A stretch of 64,000 nucleotides of DNA from Pseudomonadota bacterium (GTDB taxonomy: Bacteria > Bdellovibrionota_C > UBA2361 > OMII01). Below are positions 63,242 through 64,000 of this stretch, piece by piece. How positions within the stretch are numbered: the stretch's first letter is position 1; every line of letters begins with the position of its first letter. The notes below the pieces were generated by a model that had not been told where the DNA came from, made no database searches, and saw only the letters and a list, made by a program, of their open reading frames with translations. The stretch spans positions 230,299 through 294,298 of the forward strand of contig JAYPVM010000001.1 in NCBI GenBank assembly GCA_038134595.1. The letters run 5' to 3'. Position numbers and translations under genes: made by a program.

Positions 63242-64000
63242 ATGTTTGTTTACCTGGCTAAAAAGATATTTGGAACTCGAAACGACCGATTGTTAAAGAT
63301 GCTACGTCCGGTTGTTCTTCGTATAAACGATTTAGAGCGTATCTATGAGCCTATGAGTGACGAAGAGCTTCGCTCTCAGACAGGGCTTTTTAAGGAACGC
63401 TTGTCGCGGGGTGAGGCTTTAGATGATCTCCTTCCTGAGGCGTTCGCTGTTGTTCGAGAGGCTGCTAAACGTGTCGTGGGTATGCGACACTTTGATGTTC
63501 AGCTTATCGGTGGAGCAATTTTGCATAAAAATATGATAGCGGAGATGCGGACGGGAGAGGGAAAGACGTTGGTGGCGACTCTCCCTTCATACCTTAATGC
63601 TCTAACCGGAAGGGGAGTGCACGTTGTTACAGTAAACGACTATTTGGCGCGGCGCGATGCAGAGTGGATGGGTAAGATTCACACCTTTTTAGGGCTGGAG
63701 GTTGGGTGTGTCTACCACGGAATGGACGAAGAGCAGAAAAAAGCTGCCTACCAAGCTGATATAACTTATGGCCAAAACAATGAGTTTGGCTTCGACTTTT
63801 TGCGCGACAATATGAAGTTTTCTGCGGGCGAAAAGGTTCAGCGAGACCATTACTTTGCGATCGTGGATGAGGTGGATTCTATTCTCATCGATGAAGCACG
63901 GACTCCGCTTATTATTTCGGGCCCTGCGGAAGATTCGACCGAGACCTATGTTCAGATAAATAAGATCATTCCACAGCTCGTCAGAGAGAAAGATTTTGAG
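63242..64000 (+). CDS. secA: Preprotein translocase subunit SecA (partial)
   Basis: [70 protein letters not shown]. Confidence 0.99.
   Translation, partial: MFVYLAKKIFGTRNDRLLKMLRPVVLRINDLERIYEPMSDEELRSQTGLFKERLSRGEALDDLLPEAFAVVREAAKRVVGMRHFDVQLIGGAILHKNMIAEMRTGEGKTLVATLPSYLNALTGRGVHVVTVNDYLARRDAEWMGKIHTFLGLEVGCVYHGMDEEQKKAAYQADITYGQNNEFGFDFLRDNMKFSAGEKVQRDHYFAIVDEVDSILIDEARTPLIISGPAEDSTETYVQINKIIPQLVREKDFE

Overview
Mostly core chromosome of a Gram-negative bacterium. The CxxxY-type CcmE, CheA-like kinase, RpoH-box sigma factor and type IV pilin suggest a deltaproteobacterial-grade lineage, possibly Bdellovibrionota-related (inference). Recognisable genes: crcB, a DegP-like protease, metH, nrdAB, cyoE/ctaB, gpsA, gyrA, tadA, acnA, sodC, rlmH, rpoH, ccmEFABCD, engB, partial secA, and five tRNAs (all four Ser isoacceptors plus Arg-ACG). 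No integrase, transposase, CRISPR array or prophage was seen. Main findings: (1) a ~960-nt non-coding stretch at 54111-55074 between rpoH and ccmE, with its own promoter-like site, an intrinsic terminator, many GNRA/UUCG hairpins and long-range 5'/3' pairings, which is a candidate giant structured RNA I cannot assign to a known family; (2) an unannotated Phe-rich leader peptide with a terminator/antiterminator pair (34539-34692) upstream of an uncharacterised circularly permuted ATP-grasp-like ligase and an M20 peptidase; (3) a Chlamydia-type class Ic (Mn/Fe, radical Tyr replaced by Phe) ribonucleotide reductase with three ATP-cones and tandem NrdR boxes; (4) an orphan nucleotidyltransferase / unknown / DEDDh exonuclease trio between tRNA-Ser genes. 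All calls were made by eye, with no database searches.
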